Source of the DNA: Clostridioides phage LIBA2945
Sequence record: MF547663.1
Strand: one strand, 5' to 3'
DNA: 64,000 nt
The notes beneath the pieces were generated by a model. The model searched no databases. It saw only the letters and a program-made list of their open reading frames with translations, and was not told the DNA's origin. The position numbers and the translations under genes were made by a program. Shown piece by piece: positions 52,809 through 61,267 of this stretch (its first letter is position 1; the number at the start of each line of letters is the position of its first letter).

Positions 52809-53186
52809 TTATTGTAATTTTATTTTTATTTCTTCTAATTGTTCCATATTTCTAGCGACTTGGTCGGTTGCTCCATTTAGCTTTCTATTAATCTTAATTA
52901 CTCTAGTTTCTATTGCATTTAACTTAATGTCAACCACATCAAAGTTATCTTTAATAGAAGTCATTTCCTCTGCTGTTGAAATAGATTGATTATATAGTAT
53001 ATCTTGTTTCTTTTCAATACTGTCAAGCCTATTTTCTATACTATCAAATCGCTTGTCCATGTTATCAAGTCTGTTGTTAGTTTCAACCTGTCCAATTTTT
53101 AAATCATTGATGTCCTGTTTCATTTCAGTAATATTACTATCCATTTTCTGTAATAATTCTAGTATCTTTTCATCCATCACGACCAC
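52809..53186 (-). CDS. hypothetical coiled-coil protein (paralog B)
   Basis: N-terminus MDEKILELLQKMD shared with 51155..51487. Confidence 0.35.
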   Translation of the reverse strand: MVVMDEKILELLQKMDSNITEMKQDINDLKIGQVETNNRLDNMDKRFDSIENRLDSIEKKQDILYNQSISTAEEMTSIKDNFDVVDIKLNAIETRVIKINRKLNGATDQVARNMEQLEEIKIKLQ

Positions 53187-53721
53187 GCTCCTTTTATTAT
53201 TATAACATAATAGTTAATGTTATATACAGCTAATTGTCGTATTCTAATCAACTTGTGTCATTATAAGTTTTCATTTGTCACACTTCCTTTTGATTTTATT
53301 TAATTGATGATTTAATAATACATTACTTTCCAATTTTTGTCAATACGTTCTATTATATTTATATATTTTATTTAGTTATTGTCCTTGTAAAAATATTGCT
53401 TATCATATTGATATCACTAGCTTATGAGTACATAATTGTGTGAATTATTTTTTATATCTACTATAGTATGCGAATTTGATTAATGATTAAGAAATGTAGT
53501 GATTATGTGATAGATGCTAATAATGTAATGATAATATTAAGCTAATAATGTAAGAGTTCTATTTCTATAAACTTTTTTATTTAATAATGAACACAAAAAA
53601 AATAATAACTCATGCTATCATCTTTAAAATAACATAAATTATTATTTCTAATAAAAAGTAAGATTTAGTACCTTTTTATTCGTTTTTAACAAAGTAATTT
53701 CTTTTCTTAACATACATTAAT

Positions 53722-53753
53722 AACGTCGTATAATAAGATGATTATACGACGTT
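53722..53753. other. perfect 11-bp inverted repeat AACGTCGTATA / TATACGACGTT with 10-nt loop
   Basis: seen directly in a 1.45-kb noncoding stretch. Confidence 0.5.
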
Positions 53754-53773
53754 GACCTTAAAAATAGAAGAAA

Positions 53774-54007
53774 GGGGGCTATTTTTAGACTTTAGTATCA
53801 AATGATATTCATTATCATTTTGTAGTCCTTTTTCTTCTACATCCCAAATTCCATTCAGCCCTTAAAATAAACATTTATACAAAATTACACCACTAATTCA
53901 AATTTTTAAACATACACTCATGAACAATTTCAAACCGTCTCCGAGTATTATAAAACAGTGTTAATTCAATACTTATTTTTCATTAATCATGATAAAAAAA
54001 TAGCCCC
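53774..54007. repeat. 12-13-bp inverted repeats GGGGGCTATTTTT / AAAAATAGCCCC bracketing about 210 bp of noncoding DNA
   Basis: seen directly. Confidence 0.45.
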
Positions 54008-54448
54008 ATCTATGTTTTGAACCTATGTTATAAGGCTAAAGCATGAACAGGGGGTGTATGTTTTATTTTAATTTATATGAACTATATAAAATATATATTA
54101 TATCCTATAAATCAACTATAATTGTTATAAAATAATTTTAAATAGTGTATGTTTTAAATTTGAACATCTCAAAATCCTATAGACAAAATTTTAATTCTAT
54201 CAAGTTATCATTTTTTACTTAAAATTCAATACAATTCAAACAAAATATACTTCATGCAATTTATTCAAGATTAAAACATATAAATATGCCTATTTTATAG
54301 AAAAATATATAGTAATTTATATAATTTTTCATATCAATTTTCGTAGACACTATACTCCAGAAAATCAATCTAAAATGATAAATTTTATAAAACAATTTTC
54401 AAATTTAAGTAGTGTATGTATGGTTTTTATAAAAATTATTAATATTTA

Positions 54449-54602
54449 ATATGCAATTGCATATAAATTATATTAAAATTTATAATTAAATATAAAACAA
54501 ATTGTAATATAACCTTCTTTACGCTTGTAGTATATTTTGTATTACAATTATAGTTTAATAGTATATATAATTTATATTAAATTTGCATTGTAATTATATA
54601 CC
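54449..54602. promoter_or_regulatory. centromere-like (parC-like) repeat cluster: ATGCAATTGCAT palindrome plus three or more TTGTAAT(T)ATA / ATTACAA half-sites
   Basis: seen directly upstream of the RHH-ParM gene pair. Confidence 0.4.
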
Positions 54603-54650
54603 AATTGAAATATAATTAAACTAAATGAGCTATAAAAGGAGGGGATTTTT

Positions 54651-54884
54651 ATAAAAAAGGATACTTATAATTTACAGATACCTATTCCAATAGAATTAGC
54701 TGATAAATTAAAATCACTAGCTGAAAAGGATGAAAGAAGTTTAAGATTGTATTGTAAAAGAGTACTACAATTACATGCAGATGAAATTTATAATAATAAT
54801 AATGATATTGACGAAGCTAATACTAATAATCAAAATGAAACAGCTAAAAAAAGAAAAGTAGGAGCTTTAAAACCACAAAAATAA
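54651..54884 (+). CDS. ribbon-helix-helix DNA-binding protein, ParR-like partition adaptor
   Basis: IPIPIELADKLKSLAEKDERSLRLYCKRVLQLHADEI is a typical RHH (CopG/ParG-like); no ATG/GTG/TTG start, probable ATA start 8 nt after AAGGAGGGG; immediately upstream of parM-like gene. Confidence 0.45.
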   Translation: MKKDTYNLQIPIPIELADKLKSLAEKDERSLRLYCKRVLQLHADEIYNNNNDIDEANTNNQNETAKKRKVGALKPQK

Positions 54885-54901
54885 TTTAGGGGGATTTACT
54901 T

Positions 54902-55846
54902 ATGAAAAAAGAAAAAGTAAAAGTTGCAGTAGACTTAGGTAATAGTATGCTTAATTCAGCAGCATATATTGAAAAAGAATTAATTTTAAAAAAGTTACCA
55001 AATAAACTTCAATTTGAAAAAACAATATCACCAAAAGCACGTGTTATGAAAAAAGATGGTAAGGTAATCTACCTAGGTGTAGGAGATTTAAATAATAATG
55101 TTCTTAAACATACTAGAAAAAATTTATTAGAACAAGTTTTAGTCATGATTCATGAAATATTTCCTGATGAGGATAATCTTTCTGTGGAATTGATAACCGG
55201 ATTACCACCAACTCAAATGTTTAATGAAAAATATTTGAAATTATTTCAAGATATTTTTATTCAACCTGGAGAAATAAAAATTACTATTGATGGAAAACAA
55301 AAAACTTTTGAAATACTTAATGTTGATGTTAAAGCAGAAGGATATTCAGGATTTATTTCACTTGTAGACAAGATTACTACTAAACAGAATATTCTAGGAA
55401 TAGATGTTGGAGGCAGTACTACAGATTTATGTAATTATGAATATGATTATGAGGATGATATGTACTATCCTAATGTAACAGACACTATAGAAAAAGGAAT
55501 CATAGACTTTGAAACAGCAATAGCAAATAAATTTAATAGTAAAAATGGTGCAGATATAAAAATAAGTCAAATAGATGTAATATTAAGAAACGATATTGAT
55601 GTTATAGAGTATGAGGGTTCTAAATACAAATTAGATGATTATATTGATGCCATGTACCCTATTATTGATGATATGATTAATAAAATCACTAATAAATTTG
55701 GTCAGCTAGATGGATATTATGTTGTTGGTATTGGAGGGGGCTATAAAACATTTAATAAATATGCTAATCAATTTATAAGTAAACAACTAGAAGTCGATGA
55801 TGATTCTCGTTTCTATGCAAATGTAATTGGATACCTTGAACAATAA
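54902..55846 (+). CDS. parM: actin-like segregation ATPase (ParM/Alp family)
   Basis: phosphate-1 VAVDLGNSMLN and phosphate-2 GIDVGGSTTD motifs, 314 aa. Confidence 0.65.
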   Translation: MKKEKVKVAVDLGNSMLNSAAYIEKELILKKLPNKLQFEKTISPKARVMKKDGKVIYLGVGDLNNNVLKHTRKNLLEQVLVMIHEIFPDEDNLSVELITGLPPTQMFNEKYLKLFQDIFIQPGEIKITIDGKQKTFEILNVDVKAEGYSGFISLVDKITTKQNILGIDVGGSTTDLCNYEYDYEDDMYYPNVTDTIEKGIIDFETAIANKFNSKNGADIKISQIDVILRNDIDVIEYEGSKYKLDDYIDAMYPIIDDMINKITNKFGQLDGYYVVGIGGGYKTFNKYANQFISKQLEVDDDSRFYANVIGYLEQ

Positions 55847-55944
55847 TACTAAAAATATTTAATGAGAGCCATTTTAAGACAGTTCCATGCCCGTCCATGA
55901 TAATTAATTCATATTCAGAAATAAAATCGTTTAGAATAGATTTT

Positions 55945-55972
55945 AAAGGTCACTAATTTAGTGACCTTTTTA
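55945..55972. terminator. bidirectional terminator AAAGGTCAC-TAATTTA-GTGACCTTT with T-run
   Basis: between convergent parM-like and rep genes. Confidence 0.55.
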
Positions 55973-56599
55973 TTATTTCTTTTGTTGTTTTTTTATTATC
56001 TCTCTCATCTTACTCGCACCTGATGCAATTTCTTTTTCAGACATAGAATATATTTCTAATTCAGTAAATCCATTTTCTTTTAGTACTTGTATATCTTTTT
56101 CTTTTTGTGTTATAATATTATTATCATTAATTGAATTTAAAGTTTTTCGTTTCGAGTCATCTGTTGAAGCTGCTACTTCATCAGGTGACTTTTTACTTTT
56201 CTTCTTTTCCCTTTTCGTCTTCATGTAACTCTCTGCATTTTCTCGAATTTTTGACTTAGACATTGCAATTTCATACACGTTATTTCCATATAAATTATTT
56301 TCATTTTGGATTCTATAAACCTTAATAAATCCATTTTCCTTTAAGACCTCAACATATTTTATAAAAGCATTTTTACTTATGTTCAACTCTCCATAGATTG
56401 TTTCCATTCTTGGATGACAGTATTTTTTATTACCTGCGAAACTAGCCAGATAAGCGTAAATAGCTTTTGAGTAAATAGGTATGTCCTTATTTCTCATAAG
56501 AAATTTTGGAGATATACCATAACCATCCGAAAGAATACTATCTTCCTCTAGTCTAACATCTAAAACCTCACCATCTTTAATTTTTATTATATTATTCAT
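55973..56599 (-). CDS. RepA_N-type (Firmicute plasmid) replication initiator-like protein
   Basis: N-terminal winged-helix block GISPKFLMRNKDIPIYSKAIYAYLASFAG...METIYGELNISKNAFIKYVEVLKENGFI; adjacent iterons. Confidence 0.45.
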   Translation of the reverse strand: MNNIIKIKDGEVLDVRLEEDSILSDGYGISPKFLMRNKDIPIYSKAIYAYLASFAGNKKYCHPRMETIYGELNISKNAFIKYVEVLKENGFIKVYRIQNENNLYGNNVYEIAMSKSKIRENAESYMKTKREKKKSKKSPDEVAASTDDSKRKTLNSINDNNIITQKEKDIQVLKENGFTELEIYSMSEKEIASGASKMREIIKKQQKK

Positions 56600-56608
56600 A
56601 AGTTACTC

Positions 56609-56848
56609 CTAGTACAATTTGTATTCATATACAAATATTCCATTTTCAAATTTTTTATTAACTTCAAGATAGCCCTTGTCTTTCAATTCGTTCCATGCCA
56701 TTCTAAACGAATATGCTCCCAAATCTAAATAGTCCATCAAAAATTGTTTAGAGAAGTAAGGTTCGTTTTTAAATGCTGAGATAGTTCCATAAAGACCTTT
56801 AGCTTTTAAGCTAATACTTTTACTTTTGAATATATCTTCTTTTACCAT
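56609..56848 (-). CDS. small winged-helix protein related to the Rep N-terminus
   Basis: KAKGLYGTISAF...FLMDYLDLGAYSFRMAWNELKDKGYL. Confidence 0.3.
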   Translation of the reverse strand: MVKEDIFKSKSISLKAKGLYGTISAFKNEPYFSKQFLMDYLDLGAYSFRMAWNELKDKGYLEVNKKFENGIFVYEYKLY

Positions 56849-56988
56849 AGTCTAATTTTTACACCCTCCTATTTTTTTTATTTTAAACTTATTATAATTT
56901 ATAATTCCCATTTTTTCAAGGTAATTTTTCCCTTTACATAAACAAATAAATACAAAAACAAATATATTAAAAACTGTTTATATTAATA

Positions 56989-57128
56989 TACCATCTCATG
57001 GTACGCCCATAGCATGGGATATCGAAAAATTCGATGTACCACGAGATGGTACATCGAAAGAATCGCTATATTTCAACGTTTTTTCGATTTTTGCCTCGAT
57101 ATACCACGAGATGGTACATCGAAAAATT
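56989..57128. promoter_or_regulatory. iteron cluster / candidate replication origin
   Basis: TACCACGAGATGGTACATCGAAA twice (57037, 57102), an inverted near-copy TACCATCTCATGGTA (56989), palindromes CCCATAGCATGGG and ATCGAAAAATTCGAT. Confidence 0.5.
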
Positions 57129-57447
57129 AAAGTATCTGAAACAATTTAAAAATTATATAGTTATGCACAGATAAAAATACAAATTGTTAATAAAATTGCA
57201 ACTTATCAACATGTTATCAACAACTTACTAACAGCTTATCAACAGGGAATAAAACTGAATAAAATACTAAATTGACAAAAATAATATAAAATGTTAATAT
57301 ATAATTATAGATAAAATATTAAATTAATAGGAGGAAATTTATATATGAAAAACATTTAACAACTAAATAAAATTAAAAAACAAAATTGAAACGGAGGTTA
57401 AAATATGAAGAAAAGTAAAGAATACAAAAAGATGAAAGGACTAGAAG

Positions 57448-57642
57448 ATGGTAAACAAAAATATAAAAATATTAAGAGAGGATTATAGTGAATTTTTAGA
57501 TGACTGGAATATAATTGGAAAAAGAAATATATATAAATGTCCAGAATGTCAATATCATGGGAATAAATGTGACAGACATAATAATAGTGAGGGGGTAAGC
57601 TATGGCTTTGATAAGTGGCAATTTCAAAGGGAAAATAGATAA
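57448..57642 (+). CDS. small zinc-finger ORF (uncertain)
   Basis: CPECQYHGNKCDRH; weak RBS; overlaps next gene. Confidence 0.2.
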   Translation: MVNKNIKILREDYSEFLDDWNIIGKRNIYKCPECQYHGNKCDRHNNSEGVSYGFDKWQFQRENR

Positions 57643-58792
57643 TAAAAGTATTTGGGACTACATGCATAAATTAGACTATAAATTAGAAACATTAGAAGAA
57701 AGAAAGAAATTTATTGATGAATTATTAAATCTAAAAAATATAGATGAGCTTAAATTCAGTGATGATGAATTTTGGCAAGAAGTATTCGATAAAGGAATAT
57801 GCAAAGCTAATTTAAATACAACAGATGTATTATGGTCAGAAACCAATATAAGTCATTTCTTAGAAAAAGTAGGTACATATCTATTAGCAAAGGATGATAA
57901 AAAAGAAGAAAAAGAAAATATAAAAGTATATGACTCTTATTCAGAATTTAAAAGGAGTATGCAACAAGAGAAAAAAATGCGAAAACATGCAGAGGTGGTT
58001 GAATTTGATGTTGAAGACAATGAAAATTCAAATGGAAAACCAGTAAGAATACTAAAAAATCAGAAAAATTTTAAACTATCTCCAGATATAAAAATAAGTA
58101 AAAAAGATAGATTAAAATATTCTGAAATAGAAGATTATTATAAATATAAACAGTATTTATTAAACTTAAAAAATGATAAAGAGCATAGAGAAAATTTATC
58201 AAAAAGTATAAATTCAAATAATGTAAAATTAAGAATTAAAAAAGGCGGGGATATTTACAGGTTTGCAATCAAACAACTACCACTAGTTCAGGATGATATG
58301 TTACAAGTCAAACTCCAAAAAGATAAAAACATAATTTGGAAAGCTCCATTAAAAGATAGTTGTAATGACATCAATATAGACTGTGATTTAATAGATATGT
58401 TTGACCCAGTACATGTAAAAGCTCTATTACAAATTCCTTATAATGATAACTTAATAGATGAGATAGCATTAAGTAAACAAGACATATTAAATAAAATAGA
58501 GTTAACTGATACACAAAAAATTATATTATCATTATGGGAAAAAGGTGTTACACAAAATGAAATAGCCAAGCAATTAGGTATAGCTCAAAAAAATGTAAAT
58601 TTACATATTGATAGAATAGTAAATAAGTTTATAGATAAGTATACTGAAATATATGAAGACGAATATTATTATGTTTATTTAGTAAAAGGAAAGTATAAAA
58701 AATGTAGCAAATGTGGAGAAATTAAACTAATACAAAGGTTTGATAAAAATGGGAAAAAGGGCTATCGTTCAAACTGTAAAAACTGCAACTAA
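57602..58792 (+). CDS. putative transcription regulator with sigma-70 region-4/LuxR-like HTH and C-terminal zinc ribbon
   Basis: LTDTQKIILSLWEKGVTQNEIAKQLGIAQKNVNLHIDRIVNKF; CSKCGE...CKNC; RBS GAGGGGG. Confidence 0.4.
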   Translation: MALISGNFKGKIDNKSIWDYMHKLDYKLETLEERKKFIDELLNLKNIDELKFSDDEFWQEVFDKGICKANLNTTDVLWSETNISHFLEKVGTYLLAKDDKKEEKENIKVYDSYSEFKRSMQQEKKMRKHAEVVEFDVEDNENSNGKPVRILKNQKNFKLSPDIKISKKDRLKYSEIEDYYKYKQYLLNLKNDKEHRENLSKSINSNNVKLRIKKGGDIYRFAIKQLPLVQDDMLQVKLQKDKNIIWKAPLKDSCNDINIDCDLIDMFDPVHVKALLQIPYNDNLIDEIALSKQDILNKIELTDTQKIILSLWEKGVTQNEIAKQLGIAQKNVNLHIDRIVNKFIDKYTEIYEDEYYYVYLVKGKYKKCSKCGEIKLIQRFDKNGKKGYRSNCKNCN

Positions 58793-58876
58793 TGGGTGGG
58801 GAAAATAGGGTATAAAATCGGCTGGAAAAGACATTAATATATGTAGGGGTAATTAATACTACTACAAATAAATAAA

Positions 58877-59209
58877 ATGTATAAAGTCGAGGAGAGATTG
58901 AAAATGAGAAAAAATGAATATGTAAAATTATTTCAAGAGAAACTAAAGGAAGAAGGATTAGAACTAAAACAAAAAGAAGTAGATGTAGTATTAGATGCAT
59001 TTAAAGAATTAGTTGTAGATATATTTAAATCAGGTGAAGACGCTACTATAGGTGGATTTCTAAAAATAGGAAGAAAAGAAATAGAAGCATGTGAAAAAAC
59101 ACATACTTTACCAGGAAAAGAAGGAGAAAAATATATTATACCAGCCAGTACTAAACCAACAGTTAAATTTATAAATTCTTTTGTAAAAGAACATATGATA
59201 TTAAAATAG
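58877..59209 (+). CDS. hup: HU/IHF-family DNA-binding protein
   Basis: about 110 aa; arm region GGFLKIGRKE...IPASTKPTVKF matches the HU beta-arm pattern. Confidence 0.6.
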   Translation: MYKVEERLKMRKNEYVKLFQEKLKEEGLELKQKEVDVVLDAFKELVVDIFKSGEDATIGGFLKIGRKEIEACEKTHTLPGKEGEKYIIPASTKPTVKFINSFVKEHMILK

Positions 59210-59278
59210 TTAACAACTAAATAAAATATAAATATAAAATGGATAAGTCTTAATTGGACTTATCATTGTGGAGATATA

Positions 59279-59312
59279 GGAGATTGTTAATGGTTCGATT
59301 CCATTAATCTCC
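59279..59312 (+). other. tRNA 3'-half-like minihelix (acceptor arm GGAGATT/AATCTCC, T arm AATGG-TTCGATT-CCATT), no CCA
   Basis: T-loop matches TTCRANY consensus; possible tRNA-gene remnant or att core. Confidence 0.35.
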
Positions 59313-59652
59313 ATCTTTTAAGCAAAAAGAAAGCACATGTCGTGAGATAGCAGTAAGTCTTTCTTTTTCTTTTTATTAAGAAAGAGAGGATGATATCATA
59401 GAAGAAATAAATATAAAAGAAGTAAGCAAGATAATATGTGTTAGTGAAAATACGTTATATAAAGATTTTAAAAAATATGCTTCTAAATTAGAAGAAAATA
59501 ATATTTTTTATGATGGAAAAGGTAAAAAAAGAAAGTTTTATAGAAAAGAAATAAAAGACAGTGAATATATAGCATATGATATTTTTAAACAAATTGCTTA
59601 TAATGTCTGGAAATTTGATAGTAAAGTAGATATAAATAAATTATTATATTAC

Positions 59653-60324
59653 ATGGCTGTGATTCTAACTATGCAAGATATAAAGGGGAATATGAGTATA
59701 TTATCATCAAATCAAATTGCAAATATAGTAGGAGTGGACAAAAATACCATATCAAGATATAAAAATAAATTAATTAAAAATAATATCTTTATGCCCTCTA
59801 ATCTATCTAAAACAGTTACATATGCTACATTTAAAGATATAGATGTCTTAAGTATTAAAAGTGAATTAATACCACATAAAGAAAATTGTAAAAATAGAGT
59901 AAATCAAGATAAAGAATTAGATAATTTTAGATATCAGGTTAGACTGGTAGCAGATAAAAATATAAACTTTAAAAGAAAAGAAAATATCATAGTTGATAAT
60001 AGTTTGTATGAAGATTATCTAAATGCATGTAGAATTATAGCAAATACACCATTTTTAAAAGATAAAGAAAATTATAATAGAGTAGTAAATATGGTGAAAC
60101 ATAATAAACATGAATTAAATGTAACTCAGAAAGATAAATACATAGCATTCAATGAATTTGCAAGAGAAATAGGATTAGTTAAGTTATATCAAGTACATAA
60201 GACAGAATATAGAACTAATGTTATGAAAAATAAAGAGTTATTAGATATAATTGTTAAAGCTTTTAGGTATAGAAATAATAATAGTAATATTAATAATAAA
60301 CTAGTAAAATACAACTCATATTAA
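59653..60324 (+). CDS. HTH-containing hypothetical protein
   Basis: NQIANIVGVDKNTISRYKNKL. Confidence 0.35.
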   Translation: MAVILTMQDIKGNMSILSSNQIANIVGVDKNTISRYKNKLIKNNIFMPSNLSKTVTYATFKDIDVLSIKSELIPHKENCKNRVNQDKELDNFRYQVRLVADKNINFKRKENIIVDNSLYEDYLNACRIIANTPFLKDKENYNRVVNMVKHNKHELNVTQKDKYIAFNEFAREIGLVKLYQVHKTEYRTNVMKNKELLDIIVKAFRYRNNNSNINNKLVKYNSY

Positions 60325-60389
60325 TTTTTCCGATAACTCGCATACTTATATAAATATATATATCAATATGCAGGTCATCGGATTTTTTT
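60324..60389. repeat. 66-bp palindromic site, copy 2 (ATTTT-TCCGATAACTCGCAT-24 bp core-ATGCAGGTCATCGGA-T7)
   Basis: paired with 52697..52763; arms swapped. Confidence 0.6.
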
Positions 60390-60416
60390 GAAAGAAATAT
60401 TTTAAAGGTGTATGTT

Positions 60417-60971
60417 ATGAATTTACAATACTTTGAAAAGGATAAATATTATGTTTATAAACATTACATTATAGATCATGATGGTAAAGAGAATGTCTTT
60501 TATATTGGAAAAGGAATTGGAGACAGAATTTATAATCAAATCAGAAATGAAAAATGGTATGATATAGTAAAAAACAATAACTATAATTATAATGTTGATA
60601 TTATTAAGTATTTTGAAAATGAAAAAGATGCATTAGATTATGAGGTAAAATTGCAATTATATTATTGGAGCAATGGACAATGTAAAGGTTGTGCTGATAT
60701 AGATGCAGCAATAGGCAAAGAAAAAATAAAGAAACAAAATAAATTATTAGAAGAAGGACTGGTTATACAAGATGACTATTTAAATAAATGGTTATTTAAA
60801 TATGAATTGGAAAATATCATCAATACATATGAGTTAAAAGATAATAAAAGAAGAGTAATGTCTGCTAATAAATTCATTAATTATTTAAAAGAATGTAATT
60901 ATAGAATTGAAAAAATTAGAAAAAGAACAAAAAAGAAACAAGAAACATTATATAAAATATGTAATAAGTAG
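60417..60971 (+). CDS. GIY-YIG nuclease (homing-endonuclease-like)
   Basis: YYVYKHY...VFYIGKGIGDR...E spacing fits GIY-(10-11)-YIG; ATG 60417 after AAAGGTG. Confidence 0.5.
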   Translation: MNLQYFEKDKYYVYKHYIIDHDGKENVFYIGKGIGDRIYNQIRNEKWYDIVKNNNYNYNVDIIKYFENEKDALDYEVKLQLYYWSNGQCKGCADIDAAIGKEKIKKQNKLLEEGLVIQDDYLNKWLFKYELENIINTYELKDNKRRVMSANKFINYLKECNYRIEKIRKRTKKKQETLYKICNK

Positions 60972-61185
60972 GATTTTATAATTATAATTTTAATCACAAG
61001 GCGTTAGCCGAAGTGATAGCAAGGAACGTAAGTGACGCGGTAGCTATAACTAACGCCTTCACTTCGTTCAGTTGTTATCCTCAGCTAAAGCTTCGGATAT
61101 ATTATTCATGATTGTAATATATGGGTTAAAGTTCTAGTAATTAATAATAGATATCTGTTAATACAGAGATGATGATATTACTAAA

Positions 61186-61262
61186 AGGGATATAGCTCAG
61201 GTGGCTAGAGCGTTCGGTTCATACCCGAAAGGTCATAGGTTCGACTCCTATTATTCCTACCA
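61186..61262 (+). tRNA. tRNA-Met (anticodon CAT; elongator-like, could be tRNA-Ile2 if lysidinylated)
   Basis: cloverleaf folded by hand: acceptor AGGGATA/TATTCCT (one G-U), D arm GCTC/GAGC, anticodon stem TTCGG/CCGAA with loop TTCATAC, T arm ATAGG-TTCGACT-CCTAT, encoded CCA. Confidence 0.8.
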
Positions 61263-61267
61263 AATAT

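Noticed and set aside
57001-57060. GC-richer CCCATAGCATGGGATATCGAAAAATTCGATGTACC segment as a possible tRNA
   Set aside because: No cloverleaf can be drawn. The symmetry is that of protein-binding palindromes within the iteron origin.
59243-59263. ATAAGTC-TTAATTG-GACTTAT hairpin as terminator of the HU gene
   Set aside because: No T-run follows. Noted only as a member of the same hairpin family as the genuine terminator at 62027..62052.
60324-60389. Copy 2 of the 66-bp site as a simple inverted duplicate of copy 1
   Set aside because: The 24-bp central core is in the same orientation in both copies while only the arms are exchanged. An inverted copy would have a reverse-complemented core.
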